DNA of 22,959 bases. Origin: Cyanophora paradoxa CCMP329. Lineage: Eukaryota; Plantae; Glaucophyta. Positions within the stretch are counted from its first letter, which is position 1. Each line of letters starts with the position of its first letter. Below the pieces are notes generated by a model. That model had not been told where the DNA came from. It ran no database searches and saw nothing but the letters and a program-made list of their open reading frames with translations. The stretch spans positions 1 through 22,959 of the forward strand of contig QPMI01000586.1 of NCBI GenBank assembly GCA_004431415.1. The letters run 5' to 3'. The position numbers and the translations under genes are program-made. Positions 9,728 to 19,428 of this stretch are shown in pieces.

Positions 9728-10383
9728 CTAGAGGAGGGCGTACGACTTAAACTCGCGCAGCGCCGCCTGCTCCTCGCTGAGGTTCTCTGACTTCATTCGA
9801 TCGCTGTAGGGCTCGGGCGGCGTGCCCTCCTTGACGTGCATCCAAAATAGATGTAAGCACTTCCTCATGAGCTTGATGTACCTCTCGTCCCGTCTGACGT
9901 ACCACGTTTGCACGCGCAGAGGAGTGAAGCAAAAAAGTTCGGCCCACTCGCGGCCCGTTATGTCCAGCAGGCCCTGGAGCTGGGGCATGTAATAAGTTGG
10001 GACCTTTTCGTAGAGTTCTTGTTTGTAGGGGCATTTTATTTCAAGTATACGATCGCTTCCAATCAGCCCGTCCGGGCTGCCCGCCAGGAAGGGCAGTTCC
10101 TTATGTTCGTGCAATCCAGTATGTTGCACGTCCACGTTGTTGTTCGACGTTTTGTAGAGAGAGACCGCGAGGGGCTCATAGTCATGCCATAGGTTAGGGC
10201 AGGGTTGTCAAAGTTGTTTTCCTCCGCTATCCCGCTTAGCTCCGCCCACAGGCGGGCCCTGGATTTCCAGGGGTTTATGCCGCACGCAGCCGCAAAATTA
10301 GATGCAGTTAGTTTTTCACGGCGCGCCGCGTGCCACGCTGCGCTCCCCTGTTGCAAAGTCTCGCAATTTGTATCGGTATGCAT
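9728..10383 (-). CDS. YqaJ-like viral recombinase / lambda-exonuclease family PD-(D/E)XK nuclease
   Basis: Canonical motifs QGSAAWHAARREKLTAS, YG...YEPLA, FLAGSPDG, LEIKCP and YYMPQLQGLL. One single-base frameshift near 10180 joins ORFs 10063-10383 and 9728-10135. No introns; visibly lower GC than its left neighbours. Confidence 0.93.
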
Positions 10384-10398
10384 AGCGTAGCCTCGCAG

Positions 10399-10417
10399 TA
10401 GCGTTTAGAATTTCTTG
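10399..10417. promoter_or_regulatory. Putative bidirectional promoter element (TAGCGTTTAGAATTTCTTG)
   Basis: Lies in the 50-nt gap between divergent ATGs 10383 and 10434. AGAA-T-TTCT presents TTCT to both strands. The 12-mer TAGCGTTTAGAA recurs at 765-776 at a similar distance from ATG 747. Confidence 0.5.
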
Positions 10418-10433
10418 ATGTGTGCAATTGCAA

Positions 10434-11128
10434 ATGTCGGATGCAGAGGAAGCGCCCAGGGACGTGATCGCACAGTTCATAGATCAGGTCAAGGACCTTA
10501 GACGCTGGGTGGTAGAGCAGGCCTCGCGACCGAATCGACAGCGCCAACCCTGGCCGGTGCTAGAGCTGGCCCGGGCAGGGTGGCTAGACACGCATTACAA
10601 CTCTGGCGGGGCCCTTTACGTTCGGAGCCACGACGAGGGCAGGATTATCGACGAGTTCAAGCGCATCTGGTTCGCCCTGGGCTCCAAGCTCAGCATACTC
10701 TCGACCCTCCCGGACCACATTCGCATGCAAATCCTCGAGTGGTACGCGAAGGCAAGGGACTCGCAATGGGACGACGTAAATTTGCGCGACCTCTCGCGCT
10801 TGCGCTCGGCTGTGACGGCGTATGTCACAAACTATGATTATCACGTCAAAAAGCCCCAATTCGAAGTTGAGCCAATTCCGATGAATCTGGTACCCCTGGG
10901 ATGGGAAGAGTACCCGAGTACTCGTGGAACAGGGCCTCAACCCCCGCGCCAGGCCCTGCCAGCCCCGCCCGCCCCACCGATAAACGCCCCCGCCCCGCGT
11001 GACGTCAGACGGACATACGCGAATGGGAGGAGTGGAGCAACGACCCGAAGAACTGGCTACCCGGGGAGGCGGAGATGCGGAAGCGCGCGAGGCTGATGCC
11101 CGGCGACAGGTACCCCGACCGCGAGTAG
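10434..11128 (+). CDS. Intron-free hypothetical protein, tandem paralogue A
   Basis: MSDAEEAPRDVIAQFIDQVKDLRRWVVEQ...DEFKRIWFALGSKLSILSTLPDHIRMQILEWYAKARD...LSRLRSAV..., a Pro-rich linker, then after a frameshift near 11015 REWEEWSNDPKNWLPGEAEMRKRARLMPGDRYPDRE* (TAG 11126-11128). Confidence 0.7.
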
Positions 11129-11162
11129 GGGTACAGGTATAAATTCTCACCGAGCCGCGAGC

Positions 11163-11941
11163 ATGGCGCGAACACGCGAGTCCGACGTGCTGTACAACAA
11201 CGGCGACCTGGACGGGGAGATTCGACAGCGGAACGTGGACTTGGAGGATGCGAACGCAGTGCTGGAGGGGAGGCGCACGTCCTCAGGGGCGGCTCGCCGG
11301 CGGAGAACTTCATGGAGCGCGTGCTCTACCTTGTGCGCTGGATTAGAGACGAATTCCACGACGAGCGAGAGCTCCCGGACAGGGAGATGATCAGGGCGCG
11401 GGCTTGATGGGTATGACAGAGAACCCGAGATCGTACCTGAGGCGCGAACGCAGGGATCTGAACGGCGATTGGGCCGACCTGCAAGCGCTGTGGACGGCCT
11501 TTGCGAACCGCAAGAGCCAGATCCTTGCCCTGCCCGCGCAGGTACAGCAGCGTATCATTGATTTCGTAGCCCCCTGGCGCGACGAGTCCCTCCAGCAGCC
11601 ATTCATGCAACCACGCTTCCTCTCCGGGCTCAGGAGCGCGTTCTTCCACTTGGCCGTGAGCAGCGACCGGTATTTCACACCGCAGAGGATCGTTCACGGC
11701 GAATTCGGCATACCCCCGAGTGGCTGAATTTTGCCACCGTACCCCCTTCCCCACCCCGCCTCGAAGGCCCCCCCTCCCCTACCCCGAGCAGCGTGAGTCA
11801 CTCAAGCGTCAGAGGGAGGTACGCGAATGGATGGACGACACAGCCACTGGGTACAGGGCGAGGCCGAATTACGCAAGTTCGGAAGGTTCGGGCAGTAACA
11901 GCGGGGGGTACAGCATTCAGTTAGAGCCTGAGCATCGTTAG
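11163..11941 (+). CDS. Intron-free hypothetical protein, tandem paralogue B (frameshifted)
   Basis: MARTRESDVLYNNGDLDGEIRQ...ENFMERVLYLVRWIRDE...ADLQALWTAFANRKSQILALPAQVQQRIIDFVAPWRD...LSGLRSAF..., a Pro-rich stretch, then QREVREWMDD...EPEHR*. AAATTCT lies 15 nt upstream of the ATG. Confidence 0.65.
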
Positions 11942-12059
11942 AGGCCGGGAGGCCCCCCGAGGGGTACACCGGCTGTTACTCCCCGCGTCGGTTAGTGCTA
12001 GCCCCCCTGTTAGTGCAGCGTGTACCTGATCGCAATATAACACCCAAACCTCCGCGACG

Positions 12060-14690
12060 CGTGACTCATGCAACCTCCGAGGGTTAACAATGCATTGACA
12101 GCGAAGGGGCAAGCTCGAGAGCTCAACGCTTCACAAAGGCCCACGTATATACATGATCACGGTATACGTAGCATGGCGCCAATTGCAAAGTCGACGCCGC
12201 GCGCATATGCGGCATGCCGCATGCGGCATGCGGCGTGCCACGGTGCGGGCCGTGCGGCATGCCATGAATCCCATGATCCGAGATGCGTACTGTAACCTGA
12301 CTCTCTGACTCTCGCATACTCGCATCACGAGTCGCATGTCATGCGCATATGCATGCCCCCCAATTGGGCCCGGCCCGCAAATCCCGCAATAATTTTTTAT
12401 TTAAGTTGCAAGTTGCCGTGGCCAATTGCAAGTTGCAAGGTGAAACCATGAAACTCCATTCAAGATTCAACTTGGCAACTTGATCAAAACTTCTGCAGCT
12501 TCCAATTTTGCAAAGTTCCGCCGATCGCGAGCTCGAGTACCTATATAGCTACATGTGCGGCGCATGCGCATTGTGCGCATGCACTTCCGAAAACTTCCGA
12601 GGCAATGCAGATATATGTGGGTCACGCTGACTCACGCAGACTCACGCAGACTCACGCTGCCTGAGCTCGAGTCACGCATGATCATGATTCATGACACCGT
12701 TGACACGCTTGCTAGCAAGTTTGCAACTTGCAAACTTGCCCTAGGCCTTTAGCGGGAACCTTTGCAATTGGGGTACCGGTATACAGTTTAGAGAGCACCC
12801 GCCGCCGGCCGGACCCCGTATACGTATACGTATAGCCTAGCACCGGGCCATACGGTACATGCATGATGCATGGCCCGGCCCATGAGGGCCGATCGCGATG
12901 ATGAGGGCCATCATGAGGCGCATGATGCATTAGCTAATAAGTGTAGTAAAAAAAAAGTTTCATAACACATGTACATATATATATTTCATGATTTTCACCG
13001 TACGTACACGTGCAGGAAGTTGCCAGGATTCCAGGAACTGGCAGCGGACGTGACCGGGACGTCACGCTGAAAACGGCGAACGTCACGCACATTTGCGGAA
13101 ACAAACCGACTCGGAGGCGCTGAAAGCTCGATCGACTGGCTTCAAGGCCCGACAGCTCGAAAACGGTTGGCTCGAGGCGGTTGGGTTTTCCTGATCATAT
13201 GCATGCTAAATCCCTATTGACGGCGATTCGAATTCGAGATGAAATCGCTGTACCCGCAAAAGGAGTGGCGAATCCGGTCCGGCGATTCCCGCCGCGGCGA
13301 ACTGAAGCGTCGAGCGTTTAATTTGCATATCCGAGTACCGTGTAATTCTTAATTACCGCGCTGACCGTACTACTAGCTAGCTGCGCTACCATATCTTGCA
13401 ATTGATTACTGCGCTCAAAAATTTTATAACGCAGTAATTTGGTAGCGCAGTATTAAAATTACCCCCTTTGCTAACAAATAATGCATTTTCGAGGCCGATC
13501 GATGGAACGCACTTCAACGCAGTAATTTGGTAGCGCACTGCGGCAGTATATATTATAAACTAGTGAAGCGCCCCCTATATGTGCATATGATCAGGTGACT
13601 CTAGCTGTGACTCAGTGAGTCTGTGCCACGGTGAGTCGTCGGTGACTCATCGTCCGATATCCGCCGTGCGCCGCGGTGCGCGGCGGACCGGCGGTCACGG
13701 ATCGGGGACTCACGGTGCGCCGCCGCCGCCGCGGTGTCACGGTGCCACGTGCATGCGCACTGGAAGTCTGGGCCACGCGTGCACGGTACGTTGCGCGTAA
13801 TTTCGCGTAATTTCGCGGCGTAAATATATTAATATTATCCGGCCGCGGATGATATGGCCATCGGATCATGCTGGCAGGCTGGAGTTAACATTGAATCCAC
13901 TGTTATCCACGTGCACATGTATACGTAAAGCTTCGAATTCAAACCTGAATCGGGATTCGGGATTCGGGATTCATGATCAAGAATCGGGAATCGGGATTCC
14001 TGCCAGCCAGTGCCAGGCTAGCCGCTAGCACTACAGTCTACAGCTGGAAATTAGCCTGCTGGAATCATTGAATCCGGCCGCGCGCGGGCCTGCATCATCA
14101 GGCTGCCGGGCTGGATGAGTATTGTGGATTCGCATAGTTTCCATGATCATGACTCAGTGAGGCCGTCGCCGGCCCGTCGACGTCGGCCCGGCGGACTCGG
14201 TCGGAGTCGCAAAACTTGCAAGTTCTACCGTACTAGTACGGTACTACGGTAGTACGTTAACGGTTCGAGACACGGCGTCACACGGACTCACACCGACTCA
14301 CACCGAGTCACACGCCGCGGATATATAATTACGTATACAGTGTCATATGCGCATGCATAGTTTCCGGCGACTATCCAGTCTATCCGATATCGATGATCCG
14401 CCGGATTCCGCCCAGCCGCACCGAGTCTCACTGAGTCAGCCTCTCAGGCATGCGCAGGCTGCGCAGCCTGCGCATGCAGGTGCCAGGCTGCAGGCTGCAG
14501 CTGGCACTGGCTGGCAGAGCCTGGCACTGCGGCAGGCAGTGGCCCAGTGGCATGCAGGCTGGCACTGCCTGGCAGCTGGCCAGCGCCGGCGCCCGGCGCC
14601 GCCGGCCCAGCCTGGCAGCGCCGGGGGCCAGCGGCGCAGCCGCTGAGCCGCGCGCAGCGGCCCCAGGCCCCCAGCGCTAGCGCTACCTAC
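12060..14690. repeat. Non-coding spacer dense in short palindromes and short local duplications
   Basis: Examples: atgcggcatgccgcat, (gactcacgca)x3, tacgtatacgta, (cgggatt)x3, (cgtaatttcg)x2, and many GCATGC/TTGCAA/CTCGAG sites. No credible ORF. Confidence 0.75.
13381..13540. mobile_element. Degenerate MITE-like element with inverted and direct 22-nt repeats
   Basis: AACGCAGTAATTTGGTAGCGCA occurs exactly at 13428-13449 and 13516-13537. An interrupted inverted copy, CTGCGCTACCA...ATTACTGCG, lies at 13381-13413. The interior is AT-rich. Confidence 0.5.
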
Positions 14691-14692
14691 TA

Positions 14693-14908
14693 CTGTAGGA
14701 CGGCTTAAATTGCCGTGGTGAAAAATTGCCGAATTCGCCCAAACCGGAATTGCCGTGGTGATAAATTGCCGAATCCAGACATTCGCTCTATGGGGGCCTC
14801 GGAAACTCCCTACCCCCAGAAACATTGCCGTCCCTTTTTTTTTGCCGAATTCGGCCTCTCGGCAATTAACAGCAAAATAAAACGACGGCTAAAAAAGCCG
14901 TCCTACAG
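14693..14908. mobile_element. MITE (216 bp) with 14-bp TIRs and TA target-site duplication (Tc1/mariner-like)
   Basis: TA|CTGTAGGACGGCTT (14693-14706) ... AAGCCGTCCTACAG|TA (14895-14908). Internal repeats are AATTGCCGTGGTG-AWAAATTGCCGAAT x2, further TTGCCG copies and an inverted CGGCAATT. Confidence 0.85.
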
Positions 14909-15189
14909 TAGGTAGTACTACTAGCCTAGTAGTACCTACTACCTAGCCGCTGAGCGGGCCTTCATTAATTTCCCAGCTGCCGCACTGCGGCATGCATGCG
15001 CAGTGCCGCCAGTGCGCCGGCGCACGCGGCACGCGCAGAATCCGCAGATAGATATCGATATCGATATCGCGGGCGACTCGCCGTGCCGGTGGACACGGTC
15101 AATCCGGGGCCAGGCCCCTGAGGCGAGCATTTCATTTTTGACCTTTAGACCTACTGTCAGCAGCGCAGAGGCGCAGGCGTCAGCATCAG

Positions 15190-15197
<8 letters not shown>

Positions 15198-15275
<78 letters not shown>
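15198..15275. repeat. (CAG)26 microsatellite
   Basis: Perfect 78-nt trinucleotide tract upstream of the RWP-RK gene. Confidence 0.97.
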
Positions 15276-15277
<2 letters not shown>

Positions 15278-15495
15278 CAAAGCAAAAGCCCGCGCGAACT
15301 ACCGAAGTCTCCCGATCTAGGGCCAGCAGGAAATTCGAAATCGCTCGCGGCCGGTGCGCAGTTCACGGTTACGCATCTCCGCGCGGCCGGCCCCGCGCGC
15401 TATCGCTCCGCGCTTCTACGCACGGCGGATCGCGGAGCCTAACTTCAATTTTAAGCTGAAGGGGCATCTTAGAAGTCAGCACGCAGGCCTTTAAT

Positions 15496-15502
15496 TATAT
15501 AA
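15496..15502 (+). promoter_or_regulatory. Putative TATA box
   Basis: TATATAA about 150 nt upstream of ATG 15654 in a GC-rich context. Confidence 0.45.
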
Positions 15503-15653
15503 GCTTACGCATGCGCGTGCCCGGCTGGCAGCGGCGGCTGCCGACTCATTCGAATTCTCCTTTTTGCGCACTCGGCCCGCAGATTCTGAACCGGTATCGC
15601 CACCTGCGTATACGCAGCATTTGCGAGAGATCGCAGCTCGCTTTTTCAGCACG

Positions 15654-18194
15654 ATGCAGGCAGCACATATACACCACGCGGAGGCGACGCTCGGTATTTC
15701 CCTGGACTCCGAGACCCTCTCGCTGTTCGACGTGGAGCCGCTCTCTTTCCTCGCCATGTCCCCGGGGCCCGGCTCCGGCGGCTCCCCGGGCTCCCGGGCG
15801 GCCCCCCGAGCCCGCGCTCCGGCCGGCCCCGCCCGCCCGCCCTCCGGGCACTCCCCCTCCAGCCCCGCCTCCCCGCACGACACCCTCGACCGCTCCCCGG
15901 CCTTCTCCCTGTCGGTCCGCGAGCTCAATTTTCAACGTTTTCCCGCCCCGCCCGATCGCGAGGATTAAATTTCAAATTTCGCCCCGCAGGCGTTCGCCGA
16001 CGAGGAGGACCATGAGCACGCCCGGCAGCAGGAGGCGGCGGCGGCGGCCGTGCCGGCGCCGGCGCCCTTCGCGCAGAACGGCTTCCTCTACTTCGCCGTG
16101 CCGATGCAGGCGGTCCCCACGGCCGTGCCGGGCTTCGGCGCCCGCTCGCAGTCCCTCCCCAGCATGAACGGGGGCGAGCTGCCCGCCAACATTCTCGCCG
16201 GGAAGCGCAAGCAGGAGACCACCGCGGCGGCCCCGGGCCCCGCCAAGCGCCGCAACTCCCTCGAGCCCGCGTGCACGGTGCGCCCCGCGGCCGCCGCCTT
16301 CGATCGCCATCGCGACTCCGATCGATTTACATGAATTGGAAAATTTCAAAATTCCGGCCGCGCCTGGCCATGGCCCGCCTCTGACCGGCATCGCCGCCGC
16401 AGGAGGCGCCGGCGTCGCCGGCGCTGGGCCGCATCGCCCCCGGGAGCCACAGCCTCGTCATGTCCGGCTCTGTCAACGCCGCCTACCTCGAGCGCATCCA
16501 GAAGAACGGTGCGCGAATTTTATCCGCGCAATCCGCCCCGGAGTGCAGGGCTGACGAACCGCCGGCGGGGGGGCGCGCAGGGGCGGAGGGCAAGTTCCTC
16601 CCGCCCTGGCTCATCCGGCCCGGGAGCAATCCGGCGCCCTCGGCGTCGCCCCTCACCACGGACCTCGACACGCTCTACGGCGCCGCCGAGAACCCCGCCC
16701 CGCCGGCCCCCCTCCCCGCCTTCTCCCCCTCCGACTGCAGCTTCGCCACCTTCTCCAAGTGAGCCGCCTCTTTCCCTCGACCTTCGGTCCGCGATCGTTC
16801 GGGCCCGAGCCTCGCGCGCGCGCGCAGGGCCGGCGGCAAGTTCGAGACGGTGACCTTCGCGGAGGCGTTCGGCCCCGGGGCGGCCCGCAGGCCCTCACCG
16901 GCGCCTTCGGCGCGGCCGCCGGCTCGCTGGGCCTGCCGGCGGAGCTCGAGACGGCCTCGGGCTCGTCGGACGGGGAGCCCTCCGAGGATGGCTCGGTCAC
17001 GGCGGCGCCTTCAGCCCGGCGGCTTCCGCGCCGCCACCCTCGCCCTCGACCGCCCCCGTTCCTCCCCGCCGCCCCGCCCCGCCCGGCCCCGGCGCTCGCC
17101 CCGGCCCCCGCGCGCGGGGCCAAGGCCGCGCCGGTGCGGCCGGTGTACAAGGGGGCCCTCCCCTTCGAGCTCGACGAGGGCCTCCTCCGCCGCCTCGCCG
17201 CCCAGCAGGTCCCCCCTCTGATTCGACCCGTCTTAACTGCGCCCGCGCTGACGGGCCGGCCCCTGTCGTGCGCGCAGCGCGTGAAGCTGCAGCAGCAGAT
17301 GGCCGTGGAGCAGGCCCGCGCCGAGGCCACGCCCCGCACGGCCCCCGTGCGCCCCGCCCCGCCCCTCGCGATCGCGCGCGGGCCGACGCCCCCGCGCACG
17401 GGCAGGCGATGCCGCCGTCGGGGTCGAAGGTGACGCGGGAGGAGCTGGTCGCCAACTTCGAGCTCCCGATCCAGGAGGTCGCCAAGCGCCTCGGCGTCTG
17501 CGTCACCGTCCTCAAGAAGATCTGCGCTCCCACGGCATCACCCGCTGGCCCCAGCGCAAGCTCCGCTCCGTCACCCGCTGGACCGAGCAGGCCGACATCG
17601 TCGTCCAGAACCGCGTCCCGGGCTTCGACCACGCCGCCATCGCCCGCGCCGCCGGCCGCCTCCGCGAGACCCGCTCCGTCCTCTACCGCAACCCCGCCGC
17701 CTCCAGTGCGCCCCGCCCGCCCCTTTCATGTTTAGCTCAAGTCCGCCCGAGGCTGACGCGCGCGCAGTCAAGGACGTGACGGGGGCGATCCGGAAGCTGC
17801 TCGTGCAGCCGATCCAGCAGCGCTTGAACGAGATGCGCGCCGCCGCGGCGGCCGGCGGGGCGGCGCGCGACGACTTCGACGGGGAGGAGAGCGAGGCGGA
17901 GGAGAAGTCGGGGGGCGTCCAGATGGACGACATCACAACGTGCGCCCCAGCCACCCCCTCCCCCCTCCGCCGGCGTCCCCGCCCCTGCGGCCGCTGAGAG
18001 CGCCCGCGCGCAGGTACCTCCAGTCGTACCTCGCCGCCGCCTCGACGGGCCCGGCCGCCTCGGGCAAGGCCGGGGCCGCCGCGGCCGCCGCCGGCCTGCC
18101 GCTGGACCTGCCGGCCCCCGACATCTCCGAGCCGGAGGGGATGCACGCCTGCGCTGACCCCCTCGTCATCCAGGGCGCCTACCTCCATCTCTGA
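15654..18194 (+). CDS. RWP-RK domain transcription factor (multi-exon)
   Basis: VTREELVANFELPIQEVAKRLGVCVTVLKKIC(R)SHGITRWPQRKLRSV at about 17430-17572, with RWPQRK at 17543-17560 and one base missing near 17525. Exon 1 (15654-15914) splices in frame to 15990, further GT...GCAG introns follow, and TGA ends at 18194. Confidence 0.9.
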
Positions 18195-19283
18195 GCCCCG
18201 CCCCCGGGCCCCGTCCCGGCGCCGGCGCCGGTGCCGCGATCGACGCCACGCCCTTTCGAATCCTTGAGCCCCTAGCCTCTGCAGCCTAACCGCCTTCGTC
18301 GCGATCGCGAGTTCTCAGTGATCATGATCTCCGGATCCTCCGAATTTCTTTATTACCGAACTCGTTTGAAATTCGCTCTTAGTTGGTCTTAGCTTGCAGT
18401 CCGAGCCGCCACGCTCGGCCGCGCCTGTGCAGTCAGTCGCGCTGCAGGCTTGCAGCGCGCCCGCCTTCTGTAGTTTTTATCGCCTCCGTACACGTTTCAT
18501 GCGCATACCCCGCCACGCTAGAGCAGGTGTATACAGGTAGTGATTAATTTATCGTTGTCGGATCGGAGCCGTCAACGTCGACGTCGTTTCAAGAGTTTAT
18601 ATCTATGTAATTATGCATTGATTCAAACGTGACTTGTAAATTGGTATTTATTTGCAGCTTCGAGCCGCAAGTCCCAGCTGATATGCTGGCTTTTTTATGT
18701 ACTCACGGTATGTATTGATGTTAGCTACAGCTCAAGCGCTTCTGTACATGTAAGCCACGTGCGCGTACGTAAACGCGCATGAGGTCCCTATATAGCTAAC
18801 TCTAACAGTCGTCGAGTCGTGTGCTTCTCGACGGCTAGGTCCGAATGCAGTTAGAATAAAACTTTGAAATTTTCCATCATCATGGCATGATCATTGAATC
18901 CAGCTATACTATGATAGATCTAGACCTGACTGAGTAGACTTGACCACACGCGTTTCAGTTTACTTTGCTTGATCGTGCGGATGATTAGGAAGCATCCTTT
19001 AGCCTAGAATGTCTTGTCTCAGAGTGTGTCATACCGTTCGCATACGTATACCGTTGTTCGCATACCTTGCCGAAATCCTGCAATAAAATCTGTATTACAA
19101 AAGAAGCCTGGCGGCAAGCTTGCAATTGCCTGGGGGATCCGGAAGGGGTCGCTGGGTGGTGAGGCGAGAGGCCAGGAGGTGCATGGGCGCGGCGGCCGTC
19201 GGGGCGGGTGAGGTGGCCATGGGGAGGCAGGGTAAGAGGCGGCGCGAGGTCAGTGACCGCTGGAGGCCCAGGCCGGGCTCGCC

Positions 19284-19428
19284 CCCAGCCTGAGGCTGCA
19301 GGGGACACTGGGGCCGGTGGCGAGGGAGGGGGGCGGGCCGCGGGCGCGCGGGGCCGGGCCGCTTCCCAGCCTGGGGCTGTAGGGGACACTGGGGGCCGGT
19401 GGCGAGGGAAGGGGCGGGGCGGCGGGCG
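19284..19428. repeat. Imperfect tandem duplication with about 81-nt period
   Basis: cccagcctgaggctgcaggggacactggggccggtggcgagggag (19284) versus cccagcctggggctgtaggggacactgggggccggtggcgagggaa (19365). Confidence 0.8.

Larger units (their letters stand above)
1..12050. mobile_element. Endogenous DNA-virus-like element (NCLDV-related or small NCLDV relative), right-hand part; left part lies outside the window
   Basis: Contains a D5-like SF3 helicase, a YqaJ exonuclease, small membrane-protein ORFs and orphans. Gaps are mostly 16-95 nt (stop 764 to ATG 747, stop 5377 to ATG 5341, stop 1929 to ATG 1883), against 2-3.7 kb host spacers to the right. No capsid, polymerase or integrase is seen in the window, and the right boundary is approximate. 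Confidence 0.7.

Noticed and set aside
1-12050. Bacterial prophage or contaminant
   Set aside because: The genes contain spliceosomal-type introns matching the host genes, and the helicase resembles the eukaryotic-virus type.
13020-13330. Possible ncRNA or transposon interior
   Set aside because: No recognisable RNA motif, ORF or terminal repeat that I can support.
15003-15320. PolyQ protein ORF
   Set aside because: It has a non-ATG start and its flanks are palindrome-rich spacer sequence. The CAG microsatellite explains it.
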